Of a stretch of DNA of 64,000 nucleotides, positions 21,565 to 31,522 are shown in pieces; the stretch's first letter is position 1, and every line of letters starts with the position of its first letter. The notes beneath the pieces are model-generated. The model had not been told where the DNA came from. It saw nothing but the letters and a program-made list of their open reading frames with translations, and ran no database searches. This stretch comes from an uncultured Bacteroidales bacterium. GTDB lineage: Bacteria; Bacteroidota; Bacteroidia; Bacteroidales; JAAYJT01. Made by a program: the position numbers and the translations under genes. The stretch is from positions 313,282 through 377,281 of the forward strand of contig CAYGGZ010000001.1 in the NCBI GenBank assembly GCA_964349765.1. The letters are read 5' to 3'.

Positions 21565-21648
21565 CATGGCATCGGGTAGCGATGGCACTTTAATAATCAC
21601 AAAATCTGGATTAAATCACAAAAGTTAAATCATAAACTGTCATTAAAA

Positions 21649-22698
21649 ATGGGCTTTAATAAAATTGTTAGAAGCAGGGGTTTTAGGAATATGATGTCGA
21701 AGCTCTATGGGTGGGGAGCTGCACTTGTAATTCTTGGCGCACTTTTCAAAATAAACCACTATCCTGGCGCCGATATTATGCTAGCTGTAGGACTTGGAAC
21801 TGAAGCGTTGATATTTTTCTTTTCAGCATTCGAGCCGCCACATGTTGAACCAGACTGGAGCCTAGTTTATCCGCAACTATCACACATGTATCACGGCGGT
21901 GCAATCGCTGCAGGAGCGGGAGTTGTAAGACATTTTCAAGTTCCGGGCAGTTCACCAACACAGGAGCTCGACAAAATGCTCTCTGACGCCAAAGTTGGGC
22001 CTGAATTGATCCAAAGTCTTGGCGATGGATTGCGAAGACTAAGCGAAAGCACATCAAAGCTATCAAATCTTGGAACCGCAGCAGTTGCTTCCGAAGAGTT
22101 TGTCAGCAGTATGAAGAATGCGGCTGTTAACGTTGAGAGACTTGCAGCGTCATCTAAAAAGCAATCAGATCTTCTTGAACAGGAGTCGCAAGCTACAACT
22201 GATCTTGTTGATACAGTTCGCAGCGTTTCGCAAAAAGCCGCAGAATTGGGAAGCACCTACACGCAAGCTTCGCAGGCTATTAGAGCCGACGTTAATGCTA
22301 CTGCAACTTTTACCGAAGCAGTGAAGAATGCTGCAAATAGCGCCAACGATCTTGCAGCACGCTACTCAAAATCGGCAGAACAGATCAGCAAATCGTCGGA
22401 AATGCTCGACATGTCGAAACTCGACAGCGATGCTCTTAACCAGCAACTTATAAAAATAACCGGAAGCCTCAGTTCCTTAAACACTATGTATGAACTGCAA
22501 CTGCAACATCTACAGCATCAGGTAGAATCAGGCGGCAAGCTGAGCGCTTCGGTAAACCATTATATGAGCAACATGAGCCAGACTTCCGAAAACATGAACA
22601 AGTATAAAGAAGAATTGGACTCCCTGACACGAAGGATTGCCGCATTGAACAGCGTGTATGGAAACATGCTGGCAGCTATGAACGTTTCAGCAAAATGA
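21649..22698 (+). CDS. gldL: T9SS/gliding motility protein GldL (PorL)
   Basis: Two N-terminal TM helices (YGWGAALVILGALFKINHYPGAD, LAVGLGTEALIFFFSAFEP) and a long coiled C-terminal region. It sits between gldK and gldM. Confidence 0.85.
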   Translation: MGFNKIVRSRGFRNMMSKLYGWGAALVILGALFKINHYPGADIMLAVGLGTEALIFFFSAFEPPHVEPDWSLVYPQLSHMYHGGAIAAGAGVVRHFQVPGSSPTQELDKMLSDAKVGPELIQSLGDGLRRLSESTSKLSNLGTAAVASEEFVSSMKNAAVNVERLAASSKKQSDLLEQESQATTDLVDTVRSVSQKAAELGSTYTQASQAIRADVNATATFTEAVKNAANSANDLAARYSKSAEQISKSSEMLDMSKLDSDALNQQLIKITGSLSSLNTMYELQLQHLQHQVESGGKLSASVNHYMSNMSQTSENMNKYKEELDSLTRRIAALNSVYGNMLAAMNVSAK

Positions 22699-22736
22699 TA
22701 GATTCGGTACATAAACTATAAAAATTTTTAACAAAA

Positions 22737-24320
22737 ATGGCCGGATACAAAGAAACGCCACGACAAAAGATGATTGCCATGATGTACCTTGTACTCACGG
22801 CGCTGCTTGCATTGAATGTGTCAGTTGAAGTTTTGGATGCCTTTGTGGTGGTGAATGAAACCATTGAATCCACGAATAAGAACTTCCATAAGAAAATAGA
22901 AGGCACTTATCATAGATTTGAGCAACAACACGAGTTAAACCCGGAAAGGGTAGGGCCTCATTTCGAAAAGGCAATGTATGTCAGGAATCTGTCAAATGAT
23001 TTAATACGATACATTGACTCGGTAAAATATGCTGCAATAGCATTTTCCGAGAGGATTACTGAGGAAGAGGCGAGAGGCATTACATTACGCGAAGCTCAAA
23101 CAAAAGACAAGCGCGAGCGAACTACAGCTTTTTTCATCGGTGATTCGCACGACGGTTCAGGTGGAGAATCATACCGACTGCGACGGCGGGTTGATGAATT
23201 CAGGGAAGGAGTTCTTGGAGTACTTGACCCTGTTGACAGGGATAGAATTAAGTTAGGACTTGATACTCAGGGACCTTTCTTTGATAAAGGTGGAGCCGAA
23301 AGGAATTGGGAAATGTATAACTTCTACAACACTATACTTGCAGCCAATGTTACGATTCTCAATAAACTTATAAACGAAGTACAGAACGCTGAATTTGATA
23401 TAGTGAACCATCTGTTCGCTGCTATTGATGCCGAAAGTTTCAGATTCGACAGGGTTGAAGCAAGGGTTATTCCTACAAGCAACTATGTGTTTCTCGGCGA
23501 TAAATTTGAAGCAGAAATACTTGTGGCAGCCTATGACTCAAAAATCAATCCTGAAGTATTCATTGTGGATGGTGCAGAAAGTGTGAATGATCAAAACCTC
23601 CGCAATGCACGACCAATCACAGGACAGGAAGGTATAGCCAGGGTTAGTTTTCCGGCAGTTTCCGAAGGTATCAAACGGTTTGCCGGAGTGATTCGCATTA
23701 CCAATCCGATGGGAGAAACAGTATCTTATCCGTTTAGTCACCAATACATCGTTGCACCTCCTTCGCTCACTGTAAGCGCCACCAGGATGAACGTGTTCTA
23801 TGTTGGAGTTGATAACCCAGTGAGTATATCGGTAGGGGGAATTGCCGACCTGCAAATCCAGCCCACTATTTCAGTTGGAACAATACGCAGGGATGGAAAT
23901 CAATGGATTGTTCGAGTGCCTGATGCGCCACGGGCAGTAATTACAGTAGAAGCTGCCGGGCGTGTAATGGGAACCTCCGAGTACAGGGTTAAAAGAGTGC
24001 CCGATCCAATGGCCATGATTGCAGGGGTGTCAGGTGGCCCGATTGATAGAAACCGCTTGCTGGCAGCTCCTGCCATTATCCCATCAATGCCGGCTGATTT
24101 CGAATTCGACCTCAGCTTTGAGATTACCTCTTTCTCTTTTGTGGCTACACGTGCCGGCGACATTATTGAATTTCAGGGCAGGGGAAACAGGCTCACAGAT
24201 GAAATGCGAACTGTGATACAAAACGCACGACGCGGCGATAGAATTTGGTTAGAAAATATCTCCGCCGTCGGTCCGGACGGTAGCCGCCGGTTAGGCAGCA
24301 TAAACCTCAATATAATGTAG
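22737..24320 (+). CDS. gldM: T9SS/gliding motility protein GldM (PorM)
   Basis: Single N-terminal TM helix (MIAMMYLVLTALLALNVS) and a large periplasmic region. Position in the gldKLMN order supports the call. Confidence 0.85.
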   Translation: MAGYKETPRQKMIAMMYLVLTALLALNVSVEVLDAFVVVNETIESTNKNFHKKIEGTYHRFEQQHELNPERVGPHFEKAMYVRNLSNDLIRYIDSVKYAAIAFSERITEEEARGITLREAQTKDKRERTTAFFIGDSHDGSGGESYRLRRRVDEFREGVLGVLDPVDRDRIKLGLDTQGPFFDKGGAERNWEMYNFYNTILAANVTILNKLINEVQNAEFDIVNHLFAAIDAESFRFDRVEARVIPTSNYVFLGDKFEAEILVAAYDSKINPEVFIVDGAESVNDQNLRNARPITGQEGIARVSFPAVSEGIKRFAGVIRITNPMGETVSYPFSHQYIVAPPSLTVSATRMNVFYVGVDNPVSISVGGIADLQIQPTISVGTIRRDGNQWIVRVPDAPRAVITVEAAGRVMGTSEYRVKRVPDPMAMIAGVSGGPIDRNRLLAAPAIIPSMPADFEFDLSFEITSFSFVATRAGDIIEFQGRGNRLTDEMRTVIQNARRGDRIWLENISAVGPDGSRRLGSINLNIM

Positions 24321-24347
24321 TAAAAATTTTTGAACCAAAATACAATA

Positions 24348-25217
24348 ATGATTCCTTCTATGAAACGAGTAACCATTGCAGCCACCCTTGCTCTGCTGGC
24401 AATCCTGCCATTTGTTGCTGCAACAGGGCAAATCCTCGACACACCACCGCGCAATTCCGTTTATGACGAACGGAATATTATAGATAACCGCCCAATACCA
24501 TATCCCTGGGTTCGCGAAGCCGATGTGGTGTGGTCGAAAAGAATCTGGCGTGTGATCGATTTGCGCGAGAGGATGAACCAACCGTTCTATTTTCCCGAGT
24601 TCCCACACAGTGATTGGCGCAACCTCATCACAGTACTCATGGACGCACTCAGGGAAGGCTCGATTACGGCTTACGATGCTACGACACCAACCGATGAGTT
24701 CCTTGTTCCGCTTACTTATCATGAACTTATGCGCCGGCTTGAACGTGTTGATACCCTCCGAATGCAGCGTCCAACTCCACCTTACGAGTGGTTCGATACT
24801 ATAATTGCGCAACGCTTTAATCCAATGGATGTAAGACGCTTTCGCATAAAAGAGGATTGGTTCTTCGACAAACAACGTTCGGTGATGGAGGTGAGAATTC
24901 TTGGACTATGCCCCGTGCGCGACAACTTCGACGAACGAGGAGAGTTTCGTGGACACGAACCTCTATTCTGGATTTATTTTCCAGAGGCTAGAAACGTGCT
25001 GGCCCGAGCACAGGTTTTCAATTCTCACAATAGCGCTCAACGCCTTACATTCGACGACGTTTTTCTGAAAAGAATTTTTGCCAGTTATATTTATAAGGAA
25101 GAAAACCAATTCGATAGGCTGATCAGCGATTATGCCATCGGACTCGATGCCTTGCTCGAGTCGGAAAGAATAAAACACGAAATCTTCATGTGGGAAAGCG
25201 ACCTTTGGGAATATTAG
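24348..25217 (+). CDS. gldN: T9SS/gliding motility protein GldN (PorN)
   Basis: Signal peptide (MKRVTIAATLALLAILPFVAATGQ) and about 290 aa. It is last in the gldKLMN order. The track start 24330 is a TTG. ATG codons occur at 24348 and 24360. Confidence 0.85.
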   Translation: MIPSMKRVTIAATLALLAILPFVAATGQILDTPPRNSVYDERNIIDNRPIPYPWVREADVVWSKRIWRVIDLRERMNQPFYFPEFPHSDWRNLITVLMDALREGSITAYDATTPTDEFLVPLTYHELMRRLERVDTLRMQRPTPPYEWFDTIIAQRFNPMDVRRFRIKEDWFFDKQRSVMEVRILGLCPVRDNFDERGEFRGHEPLFWIYFPEARNVLARAQVFNSHNSAQRLTFDDVFLKRIFASYIYKEENQFDRLISDYAIGLDALLESERIKHEIFMWESDLWEY

Positions 25218-25240
25218 CCCGATCGTCCTAAACCATAAAA

Positions 25241-25279
25241 ACCAAAAAGCCCTTCGAAGCGAAGGGCTTTTTGGTTTTA
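25241..25279 (+). terminator. Strong intrinsic terminator after gldN
   Basis: Perfect 16-bp stem ACCAAAAAGCCCTTCG / CGAAGGGCTTTTTGGT with a 3-nt loop, followed by TTT. Confidence 0.8.
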
Positions 25280-25316
25280 GTAACTTTGCTTTCTCTACAA
25301 CCTCAATTTTATCGCT

Positions 25317-27422
25317 ATGTATGCTCCTCACTTGCACACACCAATTGAATACCTGAAAGGGGTTGGGCAGGCAAGAGCCGAAATCTTGCAAAAGGAGTTG
25401 AGTATACACACTTTCGAAGACATGTTAATGCATTACCCATTTCGTTATGTCGACAGAAGCCAGATTATCAGGATCCGCGATTTACGACCCGATCAACCTT
25501 TTGCACAGGTAAGTGGCATTGTGGTTGCGCTACAGGAGCATGGAGCAAAACGACATTCAAGGTTGGTAGCTACCTTGAGAGACAACTCTGGCGAAATGGA
25601 ACTTGTGTGGTTTCAGGGGTTAAGATGGATTCGTGATAAAATAAACATAGGCAGCGAATATCTGGTTTTTGGGAAACCAACCTTGTTCGGCAACCGTATC
25701 AACATAGCCCATCCCGACATTGAACTGCTTTCCGAAGCCAAAGTGATTGGTGGAGAAGTTTTACAACCCTTTTACAACACTTCCGAAAAGCTCAAATCCA
25801 AAGGGTTAAACAGCAAGGGGATCGCGCAGTTAATGCGCAACCTTGTTGCCCAGCTCAAAGGGTTTGTTCCCGAAGTGCTTCCCGAGAAAGTTATCAGAGA
25901 ACATAGTCTCGTTAGCAGGGAAGAGGCCTTGCTCAGCATTCATTTTCCTGAAAGCAATGAGGCGCTTGCAAAGGCTCGCACAAGGATCAAATTCGAGGAA
26001 TTGTTTTTTAGCCAACTGCCACTTTTGCAACATCGCTTTCACAGGAAGACTGCCATTCCCGGGCACCGATTTGTAAAAGTTGGAGACTGTTTTAGCACAT
26101 TCTACCACAAGCACCTGCCATTTGAGCTTACAGAAGCCCAAAAACAGGTCTTGCGTGAAATCAGAGCTGATGTTGGCTCGGGAAAGCAGATGAACAGGCT
26201 GTTGCAGGGCGATGTAGGCAGTGGGAAAACAGTAGTAGCCCTAATGGCAATGCTCCTTGCAATCGACAATGGCTATCAGGCTTGTATGATGGCTCCTACC
26301 GAAATTCTTGCCCAACAACACTATAATACTCTCAGCCGAATGCTGCAGGGGATGAACATAACCGTTGAACTACTTACTGGTTCTGTAAAGGGTTCGCAGA
26401 GAACCAACATTCATAAACAACTGAATAATGGCACGGTTGCAATCCTGGTAGGAACCCATGCCTTAATTGAAGAGTCGGTTCAGTTCAGCAATCTTGGACT
26501 TGTTGTTATTGATGAGCAGCACCGATTTGGAGTTGAGCAACGGGCAAGCATGTGGAACAAGAATGATGTTTCGCCTCATATACTTGTGATGACCGCAACA
26601 CCTATACCCCGCTCGTTAGCATTAACATTGTACGGAGAACTCGATTACTCAGTAATCGACAAGATGCCCCCCGGGCGTAAACCAGTAAAAACGCTGCACT
26701 ACTTCGATTCGCATCGGTTATGGTTGTTTGGGTTCATGCGGCAACAGATAGCTCTCGGCCGACAAGTGTATGTGGTGTATCCGCTTATTTATGAATCAGA
26801 AACACTCGACCTGAAGGACTTGATGGATGGCTATGAAAGCATTGTGCGCGACTTCCCGCTACCACAGTATGCCGTTAGTATTGTTCATGGTCAGATGCAG
26901 TCAGACGCCAGAGATTATGAAATGCAGCGTTTTGTTAAAGGAGAAACCCAAATTATGGTTGCTACAACCGTAATTGAAGTTGGAGTAGATATTCCGAACG
27001 CTTCGGTAATGGTGATCGAAAATGCGGAGCGGTTTGGACTGTCGCAACTACACCAACTGCGCGGACGCGTTGGTCGCGGGGCCGACCAAAGCTATTGTAT
27101 ACTGATGACCAGTTATAAACTCACTGACGATGCCCGAAAGCGGATCGCAACAATGGTGAAAACCAACGATGGCTTTGAGATTGCTAACGTTGACCTGCAA
27201 CTCCGCGGTCCAGGCGAGCTTGCCGGCACAAGACAAAGCGGTGTAATCGAATTCAGATTGTTTGATCTGGCTAAAGACCAGGAACTCTTAGAAACAGTTC
27301 GAACCACTATTGAACAACTGCTTCAGAACGATTTGTACCTACAAAGCGCTGCAAACACGCCTTTACGGGTACACCTGAAACAACTTCCTCAAAATCGGTC
27401 GCAATGGGTAAAAATCCTGTGA
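25317..27422 (+). CDS. recG: ATP-dependent DNA helicase RecG
   Basis: 701 aa. N-terminal wedge/OB region, Walker A GDVGSGKT, DEQHRFG, QLRGRVGRG. Confidence 0.95.
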   Translation: MYAPHLHTPIEYLKGVGQARAEILQKELSIHTFEDMLMHYPFRYVDRSQIIRIRDLRPDQPFAQVSGIVVALQEHGAKRHSRLVATLRDNSGEMELVWFQGLRWIRDKINIGSEYLVFGKPTLFGNRINIAHPDIELLSEAKVIGGEVLQPFYNTSEKLKSKGLNSKGIAQLMRNLVAQLKGFVPEVLPEKVIREHSLVSREEALLSIHFPESNEALAKARTRIKFEELFFSQLPLLQHRFHRKTAIPGHRFVKVGDCFSTFYHKHLPFELTEAQKQVLREIRADVGSGKQMNRLLQGDVGSGKTVVALMAMLLAIDNGYQACMMAPTEILAQQHYNTLSRMLQGMNITVELLTGSVKGSQRTNIHKQLNNGTVAILVGTHALIEESVQFSNLGLVVIDEQHRFGVEQRASMWNKNDVSPHILVMTATPIPRSLALTLYGELDYSVIDKMPPGRKPVKTLHYFDSHRLWLFGFMRQQIALGRQVYVVYPLIYESETLDLKDLMDGYESIVRDFPLPQYAVSIVHGQMQSDARDYEMQRFVKGETQIMVATTVIEVGVDIPNASVMVIENAERFGLSQLHQLRGRVGRGADQSYCILMTSYKLTDDARKRIATMVKTNDGFEIANVDLQLRGPGELAGTRQSGVIEFRLFDLAKDQELLETVRTTIEQLLQNDLYLQSAANTPLRVHLKQLPQNRSQWVKIL

Positions 27423-27568
27423 AAACCTTTTACTGCATGCACCGGCCAGACAACAAAAGCTTAACATCGGGCGGAAGATTACCACTAATCATCACGGCCG
27501 AATGAAATTTTCCAGCTTACTGCTGTATTGATTACTTTTGCACACTTTGAAAACCAATATGCTAAGCG

Positions 27569-30043
27569 ATGAAGATCTCATGCCAATGGCTCGAAAAATA
27601 TACAGGCATTTACGACGAGCCTGAAAACATTGCTCGTTTGCTTACAAACAGCGGCCTCGAGGTTGAGGGCATAGAGCACTACGAATCAGTGAAGGGAGGC
27701 TTAAAAGGCATTGTTGTAGGCAAGGTACTTACATGCGAAAAGCATCCAAACGCCGACGCGCTCACAATTACTACCGTTGATATAGGCGACGACAAACCCC
27801 TGAATATAGTGTGCGGAGCCCCAAATGTTCAAGCCGGACAGAAAGTTGCAGTTGCTACCGTCGGAACAACGCTCCATCATGGCGGCAAAACAATGGTTAT
27901 AGGCAAAACGAGGATTCGTAGTATTGAATCGGAAGGCATGATTTGTGCCGAGGATGAACTTTGTATCGGCGACTCACATGAAGGTATCATGGTTCTTGAC
28001 CCAAAAGCGGTTCCCGGAACGCCGGCCGCCGAATATTTTAACGTAGTTACCGATACAATACTCGAAATTGGTATAACGCCAAACCGCTCCGATGCCCTCA
28101 GCTATATTGGCATAGCCCGTGACCTTACTGCCGCCTGGAACGCTCAATATCCTTCTGACCCAACCAGATGGAAAACACTCCGTTTGCCTGAGGAAATACA
28201 ACTCCCTGAATCAGATAATTCACTTGCAATTGAACTGGTAGTTGAAGACAATCAGGCCTGTATTCGGTATTCCGGTGTTACGGTTCGCGATATCACTGTG
28301 AAGGATTCGCCGCAATGGCTAAAGGATTTTCTGCTCGCCTCCGGCGTGCGACCTATCAATAATATTGTTGACATTACAAATTTCGTGATGCTCGAAATGG
28401 GTCAACCATTGCATGCATTCGACGCCAACAAAATATCCGGAAACAAAGTGATTGTAAAAAAACTGGCCGAAGGAACTCCTTTTGTAACTCTCGACCACAT
28501 CCAACGAAATCTCACTGCCAGCGATTTGATGATTTGTAACACCGACGAAGCAATGTGTATTGCAGGGGTATATGGCGGAACAGATTCTGCTGTGAACGAG
28601 TCAACAACATGCCTGTTTCTCGAAAGCGCCTGTTTCGACCCTATAACAATTCGCCGTACTTCGAAGCACCATGGCTTGAAAACCGATGCATCATTCAGGT
28701 TTGAACGTGGAACTGATCCCAATATAACTGTAACAGCTCTTAAAAGGGCAACCGCTTTAATCCTCGATATAGCAGGAGGCAGCGTAGCATCAGAAATTAC
28801 TGATATTTATCCATTCCCCGTTTCTGGCAAACAGATTGAAATTTCATACAAAGAGATCAATAATCTGATAGGGAATAACATCGCTCCGGCAATTGTGCAT
28901 CGAATCCTTGAATGGCTTGGTATTACGATATACGAACAGCACATTGATGGATTGGTTGTGGTTGTATCGCCTGCGAAGCATGATGTAACCCGTCCGGCAG
29001 ACTTAATCGAGGAGATCCTTCGTATTTATGGTTACAACAATATTGATTTCGATAAGCCACTGAAGCTTTCTATCTCGCCGTGCGAGAAGCCCGATCAGGT
29101 CAGGTTAAAAAACACGATTTCCGACTGGCTCTCGTCAAATGGCTTCAATGAGATCATGTGCAATTCGCTTACGAAAGAATCCCTGGCAGAAGAACTTGGC
29201 ATTGTAGACAAAGCAAAATATGTCAGACTACTAAATCCAATCAGTCGCGACCTCGACGCAATGCGGCAAACCCTTCTGTTTGGTGCATTAGAAACAGTAA
29301 TTTTTAATATTAACAGGAAGATTCCGAACCTGCAACTTTATGAATTCGGGATAGTTTACTCCTGCAATGGCGAATCGAGGCCATCAGAAAATCCGCTTGG
29401 CGCGTACATTGAAAAAAGACGCCTGTCAATAATCCTAACGGGCAAACAATATCCTTCATCATGGTATTCAGAAGATCGAAACAATGATTTCTTTCGCTTG
29501 AAAAATGTTGCCCAACGTTCATTAAAGAGATTAGGAATTGATTTCAACAAAGTCACCGAGGCTAATGGCAATCATCCCGCTTTCGATTACTCTCTGGTAT
29601 GGATGCTCAATAACAAGCCTTTAGCTGAGTTAGGAAGGCTTTCGGATAAGGTTACACACTATTTCGACATACGGCAGGATGTGTTTTATGCAGATATTGA
29701 CTGGGATTATTGTGTTGCGTGCATATCACGGTTACACCCATTGTCGTTCGAACCGCTTGCCAAATATCCGGAAGTTAACAGAGACCTGGCTTTTTTGCTT
29801 GATAAGGAGGTTGAGTTTTCTGCTGTTGACAAATGCATCAGGAGTGCAGGAGGAGAGCTGTTAAAGCATTTAAGTCTCTTCGACATTTATCAGGGCGATC
29901 AGATTCCCGAAGGAATGAAATCTTATGCTGTGAGCCTTACACTACAGCATCTGCACAAAACTTTGACAGATGAAGAAGTTGGTGTAACGATCCACAATAT
30001 TGTTACGGCATTGCAAAAAGATACAGGCGCTGTAATACGCTAA
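27569..30043 (+). CDS. pheT: Phenylalanine-tRNA ligase beta subunit
   Basis: 824 aa. N-terminal tRNA-binding domain (KHPNADALTITTVDIG), B3/4, B5 and anticodon-binding-like C-terminal domains. Confidence 0.95.
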   Translation: MKISCQWLEKYTGIYDEPENIARLLTNSGLEVEGIEHYESVKGGLKGIVVGKVLTCEKHPNADALTITTVDIGDDKPLNIVCGAPNVQAGQKVAVATVGTTLHHGGKTMVIGKTRIRSIESEGMICAEDELCIGDSHEGIMVLDPKAVPGTPAAEYFNVVTDTILEIGITPNRSDALSYIGIARDLTAAWNAQYPSDPTRWKTLRLPEEIQLPESDNSLAIELVVEDNQACIRYSGVTVRDITVKDSPQWLKDFLLASGVRPINNIVDITNFVMLEMGQPLHAFDANKISGNKVIVKKLAEGTPFVTLDHIQRNLTASDLMICNTDEAMCIAGVYGGTDSAVNESTTCLFLESACFDPITIRRTSKHHGLKTDASFRFERGTDPNITVTALKRATALILDIAGGSVASEITDIYPFPVSGKQIEISYKEINNLIGNNIAPAIVHRILEWLGITIYEQHIDGLVVVVSPAKHDVTRPADLIEEILRIYGYNNIDFDKPLKLSISPCEKPDQVRLKNTISDWLSSNGFNEIMCNSLTKESLAEELGIVDKAKYVRLLNPISRDLDAMRQTLLFGALETVIFNINRKIPNLQLYEFGIVYSCNGESRPSENPLGAYIEKRRLSIILTGKQYPSSWYSEDRNNDFFRLKNVAQRSLKRLGIDFNKVTEANGNHPAFDYSLVWMLNNKPLAELGRLSDKVTHYFDIRQDVFYADIDWDYCVACISRLHPLSFEPLAKYPEVNRDLAFLLDKEVEFSAVDKCIRSAGGELLKHLSLFDIYQGDQIPEGMKSYAVSLTLQHLHKTLTDEEVGVTIHNIVTALQKDTGAVIR

Positions 30044-30075
30044 CTATTCTGTTGGAGTTGAAAAATATAAACCTT

Positions 30076-30957
30076 ATGCCTATCCGTTTCCAATTAACTG
30101 TCTGGCGTAAATTGCTAACCTGTTTTGTGTTAGCGTGTGGGATTATTACATGCATGCAGGCACAAACCGCGCAAAGCTATATTACACTCAAATCCAACAA
30201 AGGCTTAGAACCAGCAGCATTTCGATTAGGATATAATATGCCGCAGATCTGCAGTTTTTCGCCAGAACCGTTTCTTCACACACGATTAAGTAAACAATTC
30301 ATAATTCACGGCCTGAGGAGTGGAATAGCTCTTCCTTTCAGGCCGCTGCAATGGCAGCCCAAGCAGTGGGCAACAGCAGGTTCGGTAGCTGCTTCGCTGG
30401 TTTTAGCTTACCGGTTCGACAAGGAACTCTTCGAATACGTTAACCAGAATTTGCCCACAGTTGATAACCGGTTACATCGCTACCTGTTTTCTCCGGCTGG
30501 CAACGGACTGTTGGCGGCTCCGGTTGTTGCAGGGATGTATATTTTTGGCGACGAGCGTGCCCGGGGAACAGCTCTGGCGTCGGCGCAATCGTGGGGTTAC
30601 GGTTTGGCTGCCTCTACTTTGCTCAAGTACGCTTTTCAGCGTCACAGGCCAGAAAGTAACGTTCAAATTAACCCCAGGCAGTGGGATGGTCCGCTGGGTG
30701 GATTCAATCACAACTCTTTCCCATCGCGTCATGCAACGCTCGCATTTTCACTACTGACCGTAATTGCCACAGAATATCGCGATAAACCATGGATACCTGT
30801 TTTGTGTTATTCGGTTGCTGCAATTGCGTCATTATCAAGAGTGTCTATTCATCACTGGCCAAGCGATGTGATCGCAGGAGCTGCCTTGGGTTTTGGAATT
30901 GGTAAGTTCGTACATAGAATTTCAAAAAGGGAAGACGACCGCCAGTTGAAAAAGTAG
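30076..30957 (+). CDS. PAP2 superfamily phosphatase (membrane)
   Basis: Acid-phosphatase motifs KYAFQRHRP ... PSRH ... SRVSIHHWPSDV. The ATG at 30076 gives a signal-like N-terminus. The track start 30052 is a TTG. Confidence 0.75.
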   Translation: MPIRFQLTVWRKLLTCFVLACGIITCMQAQTAQSYITLKSNKGLEPAAFRLGYNMPQICSFSPEPFLHTRLSKQFIIHGLRSGIALPFRPLQWQPKQWATAGSVAASLVLAYRFDKELFEYVNQNLPTVDNRLHRYLFSPAGNGLLAAPVVAGMYIFGDERARGTALASAQSWGYGLAASTLLKYAFQRHRPESNVQINPRQWDGPLGGFNHNSFPSRHATLAFSLLTVIATEYRDKPWIPVLCYSVAAIASLSRVSIHHWPSDVIAGAALGFGIGKFVHRISKREDDRQLKK

Positions 30958-30987
30958 AATAAGGGTAAACTGCGAACCAGAATAAAC

Positions 30988-31019
30988 AAAAAGCTGCATC
31001 TAAGCAGAGGCAGCTTTTT
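30988..31019. terminator. Bidirectional intrinsic terminator between the PAP2 gene and the ferredoxin gene
   Basis: Perfect 10-bp stem AAAAAGCTGC / GCAGCTTTTT with a 12-nt loop. A/T runs on both sides suit convergent genes. Confidence 0.65.
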
Positions 31020-31045
31020 ATAGAGTCGTTTTTTAAGCGATAACC

Positions 31046-31213
31046 TTAGGCGGGATGGATTGCCTCAACCGGGCAAACATCGGCGCAAGCGCCACAGTCA
31101 GTACAAACGTCCGGGTCAATCACATAAATATCACCTTCTGTAATAGCATTTACAGGACATTCGTCAATGCAACTCCCACAGGCAGTGCAATCGTCGTTAA
31201 TAATGTAAGTCAT
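31046..31213 (-). CDS. 2x[4Fe-4S] ferredoxin (55 aa)
   Basis: Manual translation gives MTYIINDDCTACGSCIDECPVNAITEGDIYVIDPDVCTDCGACADVCPVEAIHPA*, with two CxxCxxCxxxCP motifs. It is below the 60-aa cutoff of the ORF track. The 60-aa plus-strand ORF 31055-31237 is its shadow. Confidence 0.85.
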   Translation of the reverse strand: MTYIINDDCTACGSCIDECPVNAITEGDIYVIDPDVCTDCGACADVCPVEAIHPA

Positions 31214-31522
31214 GGCTTTATTACTTTAAATTTCTAATATAGTGATGCAAATTGTGCGACAAATATAAGATAAAATCGGAATAGCATCAGACAATCAGGA
31301 TTTTAGAATGAATTTAAATAAGAGGGCTGCAAGATTAAATCTCGCTGAGATGTACTAATTTAACTTATTGAACTCGTTTAAGATACCCCTTTCGTGCGAA
31401 CCGATTCTAATACCACAGGCAGCGATATGATTTTAAAGCTATATTAAAATACTGTTAAGGAAACCGATTGAAGTGTTACAAAACCTTTAACTTTGCCGCA
31501 AACCAATTACAAGTCACTCGAC

